The notes under the pieces are model-generated. The model was not told the DNA's origin, searched no databases, and saw only the letters and a list, made by a program, of their open reading frames with translations. Positions 18,122 through 26,548 of a stretch of DNA of 43,706 bases are shown piece by piece (the stretch's first letter is position 1; each line of letters starts with the position of its first letter). This stretch comes from an uncultured Rickettsiales bacterium (GTDB taxonomy: Bacteria > Pseudomonadota > Alphaproteobacteria > Rickettsiales > Midichloriaceae): assembly GCA_937996615.1 (NCBI GenBank), contig CALKVD010000042.1:1-43706 (forward strand), read 5' to 3'. The translations under genes were made by a program, and so were the position numbers.

Positions 18122-19468
18122 TTACTCTGATTTTGCTTTAAAATTATAATCAATTGCAGCCGCTAATTTGGAATATGAAGAATCTAAATCCTCGCATTCA
18201 TCCGGTTTTTGTGAGATAAACGCGTCTAGTTTATCGTGATATTTAATTGCCAAGTCAACGTTTGGGTCGCTCCCTTTTTTATATGCCCCTATTCTTACCA
18301 TATCTTCCATATCGTCATATGTCGAAAGTAAAGCTTTGGCCGCCTTGATCATTTCGTTTTCTTGGTCAGTGTTACATTGCGGCATTGTTCTTGAGATACT
18401 TCGGATAACGTCGATTGCAGGATATACACCCCTTCCAGCAATCTTTCGGTCCAGCACTATGTGGCCATCTAGAATTCCTCGAACAGCGTCAGCAATTGGT
18501 TCGTTGTGATCATCACCCTCGACCAGAACACTAAACAAACCCGTAATCATTCCTTGTTCAGCCGTACCGGGACCGGCCCTTTCCAAAACCTTTGGTAATT
18601 CACTAAAAACGCTAGGAGTATATCCTCTCGTTGTCGGGGGTTCGCCACTCGCTAAGCCAATTTCTCTTTGCGCCGTTGCAAATCTTGTGATGCTGTCTAT
18701 CATGCATAACACATCCATCCCTAAATCCCTAAAATACTCGGCCAAGGTCATTGTTAGATAAGTTGCTTGTCGTCTTGTTAAAGCTGATTCGTCGGAAGTT
18801 GCAACAACAACAATAGCTTTTGCCAATCCTTCTTCTCCTAAATAATCTTCCAAAAATTCCTGGACCTCCCTACCTCTTTCGCCGATTAGGCCAATTATCT
18901 TAATATCGGCGTCAGAATATTTAGTAATCATTGCAAGCATCATCGATTTACCAACGCCAGAACCAGCAAAAATACCCATCCTCTGCCCCCTACAGCAGCT
19001 CAGAAATGTGTTGATCGCTCTTATACCCATATTAAGTTTTTTACCAACTCTTTGTCGCAAATTCGGTGGCGGTGGCGTCTCATAGAAGCGATATGACGTC
19101 ACACCGCTAGGTAATGGCCCCTTGTTATCTATAGGTTTGCCAAAAGCATTAATAACTCTCCCTAGCCATAAAATATTTGGATATACTGACTGAACCGACG
19201 CAATTAAAACAACTTCGCATCCAACTCCAATACCAATTGTTTGATCAAAAGGCATCAACAAAACAGTATTATTATTTACTCCTATAACATCAGCAAAGAC
19301 AAACTGGTTGGATCGAGTTTTTATTCTGCAACGCGATCCTATACTGCTATATTTTGCAAGTCCCTTTGCTTCAATCAATAATCCGCGAACAGCTGTAATA
19401 TATCCAATCACAAAATTCGATGGAATTGCTGCTATATCTGTAACTATATTGTGAATTTCATTTTGCAT
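18122..19468 (-). CDS. fliI: Flagellum-specific ATPase FliI
   Basis: F1/T3SS ATPase fold with Walker A GSGVGKS, Walker B VLCMIDSITR, and the PPTTRGYTPSVF and SVLVEGDD motifs. Confidence 0.9.
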   Translation of the reverse strand: MQNEIHNIVTDIAAIPSNFVIGYITAVRGLLIEAKGLAKYSSIGSRCRIKTRSNQFVFADVIGVNNNTVLLMPFDQTIGIGVGCEVVLIASVQSVYPNILWLGRVINAFGKPIDNKGPLPSGVTSYRFYETPPPPNLRQRVGKKLNMGIRAINTFLSCCRGQRMGIFAGSGVGKSMMLAMITKYSDADIKIIGLIGERGREVQEFLEDYLGEEGLAKAIVVVATSDESALTRRQATYLTMTLAEYFRDLGMDVLCMIDSITRFATAQREIGLASGEPPTTRGYTPSVFSELPKVLERAGPGTAEQGMITGLFSVLVEGDDHNEPIADAVRGILDGHIVLDRKIAGRGVYPAIDVIRSISRTMPQCNTDQENEMIKAAKALLSTYDDMEDMVRIGAYKKGSDPNVDLAIKYHDKLDAFISQKPDECEDLDSSYSKLAAAIDYNFKAKSE

Positions 19469-19692
19469 CTAAGACGATTTTTAATTTTTTAAAAGCTCCT
19501 ATTCCTAAATGTATATCTTTTTATTTCATATAAAACAAATATTTTTTCCCAAGTAAACTCAAGGCTTTGTAGTAAAATCTTAGTGAATTTTAGATGCTTT
19601 AGCGAATTTGTGCTGGCGTTTGAATACTGTTCATATTATAGTAACCTTTGGTAATAACTTAAATAGTAAAAATTTTAATTTAAAGTTTAAAA

Positions 19693-21411
19693 ATGCACGG
19701 AGCTCATAACATATCAGATATCTTGATTTTGCTTGCCTCCTCTATCTTTGTCGTAGTTTTTATGCATAAGATGAGAATGAGCCCCGTATTGGGCTATTTA
19801 ATCATTGGAGCAGTAGTAGGACAGAATGGACTGGGCTTGATTCGATATAATAGCGTCATAACCGCGATGTCTGAATTTGGAGTGATCTTTCTTTTATTTG
19901 TCATTGGTTTGGAATTGACCTTTGAAAGATTAATGAAAATGCGGTGGCAGATATTTGGATTGGGTGGCTTACAATTAGGGCTTACAGTAATGTTATTAGG
20001 TTTGAGTATAACCTATGCGTTTGACCTTAATCCTGTCGTCGGTTGGTTTTTGGGCGCAGCTCTTGCAATGTCATCAACAGCAATAGTACTGCAAGTTTTA
20101 AGTGAAAGCAAAAAACATAATACACAAGTTGGTAGAATATCTTTGTCGATTTTATTAATGCAAGATTTAGCAGTAGTACCACTCCTAGCTATTATCCCTA
20201 TACTATCTAGACACGATAGCAATATTGGCACAGCAATAGGTTGGACAGCGCTCAAAGCCATATCAGGAATCATAGTAATTACTATAGCAGGAAGAGTTTT
20301 CTTGCGACCATTTTTTTCGCTGATAGGTTCGGTAAAAAAAGATGAAATATATGTCAATACAGCTTTACTTGTGGTTTTAGGTGCTTCCTGGATTACCGCA
20401 GAAATAGATCTTTCACCTGCTATGGGTGCCTTTTTAGCTGGATTGTTAATAGCAGAAACTGAATATCGCAATAGAATCGAAGAAAGTATCATGCCGTTCC
20501 AAGGGTTATTTCTTGCCTTGTTTTTCTTCGCCGTTGGAATGTCAATAGATGGCAAATTTATTTTGGATAATTTTAGTAAAATTTTATTATTTGCTTTAGG
20601 TCTATTAATTATCAAAGGCTTGGTAATATTTGTACTTTGTAAAACATTTAAATATAGCTTGGGAACAACTATCCACTCAGCAATGCTTCTTTCACAAGGA
20701 GGTGAATTTGCTTTTATTTTACTAGGGCTATTGGTCCAGGACCATATTATAGACAACAAATTAGGTCAGTTTCTCCTAATGGTTGTAGCATGCAGCATGG
20801 CTATAACACCTGTCCTAGCATTAATTGGCTCAAAGATAGAAGATAGGTTCAGCGTTGATGAAGAATTTGACGAAAAACATGAATATAAAGGAGTTGTTGA
20901 TCTGGAAAATCATGTTATTATCGCTGGGTTTGGCAGAGTAGGACGAATTGTAGCCTATATGCTTTCACAAAAACAAGTTGACTATATCGCTCTTGATAGC
21001 AACGCGTCTCTAGTAAAAAAAGCCAGAACCCAAGGATTCCCGGTTTACCACGGCGACCTCTCCAGAGAAGAAACCCTTAAAGCAATCGGCGCTAATAGAG
21101 CAGCCGCAATTGTTCTTAGTATGAGCGATAAACTAGCAACAGCTAAAGCAACTAAGGGACTTCATCGCGAATTTCCAAACCTCCAAGTTATAGTAAGGGT
21201 AGAAGACTATAAACATGCTCATGCTGTTCAAAAACTAGGTGCAGTACTAACCGTTCCAAGCACCATTGAGATGGGGCTACAGCTTGGAGGTGCAGTATTT
21301 AAAACTCTAGATTTTACTGAAGAAGATTTAATAAACTTAAAAGATAAAATCCGCAAGAATGATTATCTTGCAATCTCCGAGGTTGAACTATTTAAGGGTG
21401 TGGCATCTTAG
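19693..21411 (+). CDS. Monovalent cation:proton antiporter-2 (KefB/KefC-type) with a C-terminal TrkA-N (RCK) domain
   Basis: 12-13 TM Na_H_exchanger-like N-domain (SPVLGYLIIGAVVGQNGLG) and a Rossmann motif IIAGFGRVGRIV. Confidence 0.8.
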   Translation: MHGAHNISDILILLASSIFVVVFMHKMRMSPVLGYLIIGAVVGQNGLGLIRYNSVITAMSEFGVIFLLFVIGLELTFERLMKMRWQIFGLGGLQLGLTVMLLGLSITYAFDLNPVVGWFLGAALAMSSTAIVLQVLSESKKHNTQVGRISLSILLMQDLAVVPLLAIIPILSRHDSNIGTAIGWTALKAISGIIVITIAGRVFLRPFFSLIGSVKKDEIYVNTALLVVLGASWITAEIDLSPAMGAFLAGLLIAETEYRNRIEESIMPFQGLFLALFFFAVGMSIDGKFILDNFSKILLFALGLLIIKGLVIFVLCKTFKYSLGTTIHSAMLLSQGGEFAFILLGLLVQDHIIDNKLGQFLLMVVACSMAITPVLALIGSKIEDRFSVDEEFDEKHEYKGVVDLENHVIIAGFGRVGRIVAYMLSQKQVDYIALDSNASLVKKARTQGFPVYHGDLSREETLKAIGANRAAAIVLSMSDKLATAKATKGLHREFPNLQVIVRVEDYKHAHAVQKLGAVLTVPSTIEMGLQLGGAVFKTLDFTEEDLINLKDKIRKNDYLAISEVELFKGVAS

Positions 21412-21490
21412 TTTCGATTATATAACGTCCAATATCCCTTAAACCTAAAAATGTAATAAACCCAATTTATATAAATTGATCTAGGTTGAA

Positions 21491-22642
21491 ATGAAAAAAA
21501 CAATAAAAATGATTCAAAATTGGGGCGATAGTGGCTTACTGCTTTTCTTAGCTTCTTTAATCGCAATTATTGTCGCTAATACTAACCTATATGATTTATA
21601 TTTGCAGTTTATATCTTTCAAGATTGGCTTGACCATTCGAGATATCGTCAATGATTTATTGATGGCAGTATTTTTCATGACAGTTGGTATCGAAATTAAA
21701 AAGGAAATGATCGAAGGCCATCTTGCTAGCATCAAACAAGTTGCTATGCCAATTATCGCTGCAACTGCTGGGGTTCTGGTCCCAATGGCTATTTATATAG
21801 CTCTTAACCATAACAGTTTAGATAAAATCAGAGGTTGGGCAATACCATCAGCTACAGATATTGCATTTACTCTTGGCGCAATTTCTTTACTTAAAAACTA
21901 CATTCCAACCAGTCTAAAAGTTTTTATTACCGCCCTTGCAATTATCGACGATCTCATAGCCGTTATTGTTATTGCAATATTTTATAATTCTAACCTGAAT
22001 TTATTTTATATAGGGTATGGTATATTATGTTTCGCTATTTTAATAATCCTGGGATACAAAAAAATCAGATGCCCCTATCTCTATCTAGCTCTAGGTATAA
22101 TTCTTTGGTGGTTAACATTTCGTTCTGGAATACATGCAACCATAGCTGGTGTTCTACTTGGGTTCGCATTACCATATAGAACCAAACAAAATCACAAAAA
22201 TCTTCCTAATATGATGGATCTTTTTCATGACAAAGCAAAGCCATATGTTACTTATTTGATTATTCCTATATTTGCTTTTACCAATAGTGACATAAATTTT
22301 AGCGATATTACATTAGATCATCTTTCAAATTCAGTAACTTTGGGCATTCTCTTGGGTCTGTTTATTGGAAAACAAGCTGGTATCTTTGGTGTCGTTTGGA
22401 TGATGATCAAAGCTAGGATGTGCGAAATTCCAAGTGGCGCAACCTATAAAAAAATATATGTTACATCTGTTCTATGCGGTATCGGTTTTACAATGAGCCT
22501 TTTTGTTGCTTTACTTGCGTTTCCTAACCAAAATGACTTGATCTTGGAAGCGAAAATTGGAATCTTCGCAGGTTCGTTTCTATCTTTGCTTTGGGCTTTG
22601 CTTGTTGCAAAATTGGATCAGCAAAAAAATCAAAAGACATAA
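21491..22642 (+). CDS. nhaA: Na+/H+ antiporter NhaA
   Basis: GWAIPSATDIAFTLGAISLL, LAIIDDLIAVIVIA and overall 383-aa polytopic architecture. Confidence 0.9.
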   Translation: MKKTIKMIQNWGDSGLLLFLASLIAIIVANTNLYDLYLQFISFKIGLTIRDIVNDLLMAVFFMTVGIEIKKEMIEGHLASIKQVAMPIIAATAGVLVPMAIYIALNHNSLDKIRGWAIPSATDIAFTLGAISLLKNYIPTSLKVFITALAIIDDLIAVIVIAIFYNSNLNLFYIGYGILCFAILIILGYKKIRCPYLYLALGIILWWLTFRSGIHATIAGVLLGFALPYRTKQNHKNLPNMMDLFHDKAKPYVTYLIIPIFAFTNSDINFSDITLDHLSNSVTLGILLGLFIGKQAGIFGVVWMMIKARMCEIPSGATYKKIYVTSVLCGIGFTMSLFVALLAFPNQNDLILEAKIGIFAGSFLSLLWALLVAKLDQQKNQKT

Positions 22643-22664
22643 TACTGAATTAAATAGGCTACAA

Positions 22665-23981
22665 ATGATTAAATTAGATTTGATGATAGCAACCCGCTAC
22701 CTCAACACCAAACATAAAGATGGATTTATCTCAGTCATAAATATTTTTGCAGCTCTCGGTATAGCTTTGGGAGTCGCAACCTTGATTATAGTTATGTCAG
22801 TGATGAATGGTTATGAAAAAGAATTAATAGGTAAAATACTTGGTTTCAAGGGACATATAGCAATCATCAGTATGAATGATGAGATTAGTGACTATACAGC
22901 AATTAATCAAAAAATCAAAAATAATATTCAGCAAATAAAATTCACTGCTCCAGTTGTCAATGGTCAAGGTATGCTTAGTAGCAATGGTAGAGTTAGCGGC
23001 GTAATGGTCAAAGGAATGATTATAGATGATTTATTAAACAAACCAGAATTCGCACAATCTTTATACCTAGGATATAATAATGAATTACATAATCAAAATG
23101 ATGTTAATGGATTACGTCAATTTTTTACCCAAGGCAATCCAATATTACTAGGAGTTGAGCTAGCTAAAACACTTCATGTATCAGTAGGAGAAGAAGTAAA
23201 ATTAATTGCACCAAATACTTCCAGTACTATAATGGGAGCAGCGCCAAGAATCAAAACTTTTGTGGTGGCTGGAACTTTTGATACTGGAATGTATGAATAT
23301 AATGCTGGCATGGCATATATTCCTTTACGTTGGGGACAAATATTTTTCAATACCAATAATAAAGTTAATGAAATAGAAATTTCGCTCTATAATCTCAACG
23401 ATATTGAAAAAACTCAGAAAATTCTAACCCAGGTTTTAGCTGAATTTTCAAACCCTACAAATTCTCAAGATAATAATGATCTAATCATTGTTGATTGGAA
23501 ACAAACTAATCAATCTTTAGCTTCAGTTTTAAAAGTTGAGCAAAATGTTATGTTTATTATTCTTTCTCTTATCATTATGATTGCAGCATTTAATATTATC
23601 TCTAGCCTTGTGATTCTGGTCAAAGACAAAAGCAAAAGTATTGCAATTCTTAGAACAATGGGAAAAACAAAATCTTCGATTGCACGTATCTTTATTTTCT
23701 GTGGATTTGCAATAGGAATGATCGGTACAATTTTTGGTAGTACTATTGGCATAGTTTTTGCCTTGAATATAAATTCAATCAAAAATTGGCTAGAAAGTCT
23801 AATCGGGGTTAAAATGTTTGATCCTATGATTTATTTTCTCACCACAATGCCAGCCGATCTTTCTTATCAGCAAGTTGCAGTTGTAGTTACAATTTCTCTA
23901 TCGTTATCACTGCTTGCCACAATATATCCAGCGCTAAAGATATCGCGTATGTCAGCCAGTCAAATTCTCCGCCACGAGTAG
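22665..23981 (+). CDS. lolC: Lipoprotein-releasing system permease LolC/LolE
   Basis: MIKLDLMIATRYLNTKHKDGFISVINIFAALGIALGVATLIIVMSVMNGYEKEL, a periplasmic MacB-like domain and a C-terminal FtsX domain. The track start at 22557 overlaps nhaA, so I moved the start to the ATG at 22665. Confidence 0.85.
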   Translation: MIKLDLMIATRYLNTKHKDGFISVINIFAALGIALGVATLIIVMSVMNGYEKELIGKILGFKGHIAIISMNDEISDYTAINQKIKNNIQQIKFTAPVVNGQGMLSSNGRVSGVMVKGMIIDDLLNKPEFAQSLYLGYNNELHNQNDVNGLRQFFTQGNPILLGVELAKTLHVSVGEEVKLIAPNTSSTIMGAAPRIKTFVVAGTFDTGMYEYNAGMAYIPLRWGQIFFNTNNKVNEIEISLYNLNDIEKTQKILTQVLAEFSNPTNSQDNNDLIIVDWKQTNQSLASVLKVEQNVMFIILSLIIMIAAFNIISSLVILVKDKSKSIAILRTMGKTKSSIARIFIFCGFAIGMIGTIFGSTIGIVFALNINSIKNWLESLIGVKMFDPMIYFLTTMPADLSYQQVAVVVTISLSLSLLATIYPALKISRMSASQILRHE

Positions 23982-24049
23982 TAAATCTTATTCAGTATTG
24001 CTTTGGGGGCTTCGATCACCAAATAACTAGGCCCTATTAACACTATTGA

Positions 24050-24960
24050 ATCATTTCTGCAATAGGGCAATATGGATAAAAGCTGTGAACATTAGCTCGC
24101 GTTTTTGAACCGAGAAAAAACGGGTTAGAACGCTTTAATCCTTCAAAAAAGATGCTCGATTTCATTGCGTTGTTTATAAAGGGATTTGTGATAGGTCCAT
24201 GGTTCAAAACGAGTTAGATTTTGTTGGAACAGCAAGCCGAAATGCAGTGACGGGAGGGACGCCCTCTTCATAAGCACGGAGCTCCATCGCGAGCTGGAAT
24301 TTCAATAATGCTTCCAATTTTTAAAGAAACGCTGCTGCCCATTTTGCTTATCATTGGCTTACAGCAGGCAAAACGTTAATCCAAGATGATCATTCGCAGC
24401 AACTATAGTAAATTTTTGTGTGGCTTACCTATAGAATTAATAATCTCTAAAATCTTAAGCTAGAGCTGTTGTGAGACGGAAAAGTTAGCAGAAATTCTAA
24501 GGATGCTCCTTCTCCCAAAACCGCTGCTTTATTCTGACGTACACGGGGGTTTGAGGGCGGATATTAGAAGCCACATTACCTAAAAATTTCCGTTTCGCAA
24601 CAACCTCAAGTTGTATATTATTAGCATTTCTGAGAATACTATTAATATAGTAACATCTAGATTATTTGACATACAAACATAAATTTAGTTTACCAAATGA
24701 GTTTTTGTGGTGAATGCCCCCATGATTTGCCGATGTATTGGTGGGTATTTTTTAAAAAGCTCTTACCGCATCTGGATCTATTTTGCTGCTGGTGCTGTCG
24801 GGCCCAAAGCATATGACCGGAAATTTGAATCAATTTTTTTGCAGACCAACAAATAACCGCTCTAGACCTCCCTTCTCAGCACACCTTTAAGGCGGGTATA
24901 AATCGTGTGCCAATTGCTAAATTCTCGCGGCAAATTCGATACTTTTCCGTTCCAACATTG
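24050..24960 (-). pseudogene. IS5-family DDE transposase pseudogene (multiple stops and frameshifts; split by the 24404-24692 insert)
   Basis: Fragments read on the minus strand: WNGKVSNLPREFSNWHTIYTRLKG (~24954-24885), IHRQIMGAFTTKTHL (~24737-24693), AANDHLGLTFCLL (~24403-24362), PWTYHKSLYKQRNEIEHLF-x-RIK (~24205-24140; Y-x2-R-x3-E-x6-K signature) and AFIHIALLQK-stop (~24085-24050). No intact ORF appears in the ORF track for this region. Confidence 0.65.
24404..24692 (+). mobile_element. MITE-like palindromic element, copy A (~285 bp plus flanking TA dinucleotides), nested in the IS transposase pseudogene
   Basis: It aligns along its whole length with 31634-31932 at clearly high but imperfect identity (my by-eye estimate; not computed). 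Ends are TAGTAAATTT (24406-24415) and AAATTTAGTT (24681-24690). An internal long stem pairs GCTGTTGTGAGACGGAAA with TTTCCGTTTCGCAACAAC. No ORF. Confidence 0.65.
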
Positions 24961-25079
24961 CATGGAAAAGTAATGCTTAATCAGGTTATACTGATTTTAA
25001 CTCAATGTTTCCATAAAATCAGCGTAACATATCTCTATAAGCAATAATAGTCTTAACACACTCTAGAAAAACTAGCACA

Positions 25080-25880
25080 CTATTTTTCACTAATTAGATC
25101 TACCATGCTATAGAGTTTTGTCGCTTCTTGTCTCAGCAAGAAACTTGCGGCTTTCGCTGCACCATGAGCAAATATATCGCGATCATTAGAATTGTGCTGC
25201 AACATTATGGTATCATGGCACCCCGATATTATGATACTATGCTCTCCCACAGCAGAACCTCCGCGTATAGAGTGTATATATATCTGATTATGTTGCCTTT
25301 TCTCACCGTTTTTTGTTGCTTCTCTACCAACAACGATCTTATAATTATCTCCACCAGATTTGGCAATATTCTCAGCCAGCATCAAAGAAGTCCCTGAAGG
25401 TACATCTTTTTTATCGCGATGATGGTGCTCAACTATTTCAACATCATAACCTTCACCCAATTTTTCTATTGCTGCACAAGCTAATGTATTCAATATATTA
25501 ACACCTAATGACATATTGGGGGAATAAAATATTCGCGTCATAGTTGCATATTCTGCCAATTTATCGAGCTGAGCTGAGTTCATCCCAGTAGTCCCACAAA
25601 CCATTGCAGTGTTTTTTAAAACACAAATATTAGCGAGTTTAGGCGATAATGTATATGAACTGAAATCTATAACTAAATCTATACCTTCCACAAAATTTTC
25701 TAGTTCTTGCTCAGTATATATGCTACCTGAGGTTGCTGGATATAAAGCAGCTAAATTTTGTTTAGCTTTTTCATCATGGACCAAAAGGCTGCTGACTTGA
25801 AACTCTTGACTGTTCTGAAGAACTCTAAAAATAGCTTCTCCCATTTTTCCCGCTGCTCCAGCAATACCAATTTTAAGCAT
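25080..25880 (-). CDS. dapB: 4-hydroxy-tetrahydrodipicolinate reductase
   Basis: MLKIGIAGAAGKMG N-terminus (Rossmann) and E-HHHRDKKDVPSGT catalytic motif. The track start at 25928 adds 16 unlikely residues, so the ATG at 25880 is preferred. Confidence 0.85.
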   Translation of the reverse strand: MLKIGIAGAAGKMGEAIFRVLQNSQEFQVSSLLVHDEKAKQNLAALYPATSGSIYTEQELENFVEGIDLVIDFSSYTLSPKLANICVLKNTAMVCGTTGMNSAQLDKLAEYATMTRIFYSPNMSLGVNILNTLACAAIEKLGEGYDVEIVEHHHRDKKDVPSGTSLMLAENIAKSGGDNYKIVVGREATKNGEKRQHNQIYIHSIRGGSAVGEHSIIISGCHDTIMLQHNSNDRDIFAHGAAKAASFLLRQEATKLYSMVDLISEK

Positions 25881-25931
25881 AATTCTCAAATTTTTTGTTA
25901 TTGATATATTACAATCAACAGTTGACACAAA

Positions 25932-26441
25932 TCACTTCTCAGGTTTATCTCCACTCCTTGGTGCAATAATCATAAATATTTGCTTACCTTCTAATTTAGG
26001 TTCAACTTCGGGTCGACCTATTAATTCTAGGTCTTGCTTAAAGCGATTGATAATCTCAAAACCTACTTCATTATGGGTAATTTCTCTTCCTCTAAAAGCC
26101 AGGGAAAATTTCACCCTATTTCCATCTTTAATAAATTCAGTTGCTTTACGCAATTTGATCTCATAATCACCACGAGCTATGGTTGGGCGAACTTTGATCT
26201 CTTTAGTTTCCATTGATTTGCGTTTTTTCTTAGCTTCATTAAGCTTTTTCTGCTGTTCATATCGATATTTACTATAATCAATAATTTTGCACACCGGCGG
26301 CTCCGCATTCGGAGAAATTTCAACCAAGTCTAGCCCGCTGTTTCTAGCCCGATATAAAGCTTCTGGCACTGGAAAAACACCTACCATCTCGCCGTTTTGG
26401 TCTAGCAATCTGACCCTATTAGCTTGTATTTGTTCATTCAC
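25932..26441 (-). CDS. infC: Translation initiation factor IF-3 (start may lie 10-11 codons upstream at an in-frame ATA or ATT)
   Basis: NEQIQANRVRLLDQNGEMVGV, then the linker KKKRKS and the C-domain KEIKVRPTIARGDYEIKLRKA..FL..GNRVKFSLAFRGRE. See the finding on the start codon. Confidence 0.9.
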   Translation of the reverse strand: MNEQIQANRVRLLDQNGEMVGVFPVPEALYRARNSGLDLVEISPNAEPPVCKIIDYSKYRYEQQKKLNEAKKKRKSMETKEIKVRPTIARGDYEIKLRKATEFIKDGNRVKFSLAFRGREITHNEVGFEIINRFKQDLELIGRPEVEPKLEGKQIFMIIAPRSGDKPEK

Positions 26442-26548
26442 CCTGGTTTGATTTTTATTGTGAGTATTTATAATGACCTCTTATTTTAATAGTTACTCGT
26501 TTTATATTATATAATGTATTCCATAAATCTTCAAATTCAAGATGCAAT

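Larger units (their letters stand above)
23979..25066 (-). mobile_element. Decayed IS5-family insertion sequence filling the lolC/dapB convergent spacer; interrupted by a MITE
   Basis: Reverse-strand translations give transposase fragments (see the pseudogene feature). The left end TAGTAAATCTTATTCAGTATTGCTT and the reverse-complemented right end GAGTGTGTTAAGACTATTATTGCTTATAGAG resemble each other and the MITE termini. End coordinates are approximate. Confidence 0.55.

Noticed and set aside
20013-20759. Long antisense ORFs in the track: the 248-aa ORF opposite the KefB-like gene, and also 17292-17876 opposite uvrB, 33553-33984, 37518-37985, 39771-40157, 595-798 and others.
   Set aside because: Each lies wholly inside, and antisense to or out of frame with, a gene that has strong family motifs. 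Their translations are low-complexity or hydrophobic with no recognisable motifs. They are typical shadow ORFs.
22557-22664. 5' extensions of track ORFs that overlap upstream genes: lolC from 22557, thiM from TTG 41322, dapB from 25928 and typA from TTG 4987.
   Set aside because: In each case an internal ATG gives the canonical family N-terminus. The extension is either AT-rich junk or overlaps the preceding gene.
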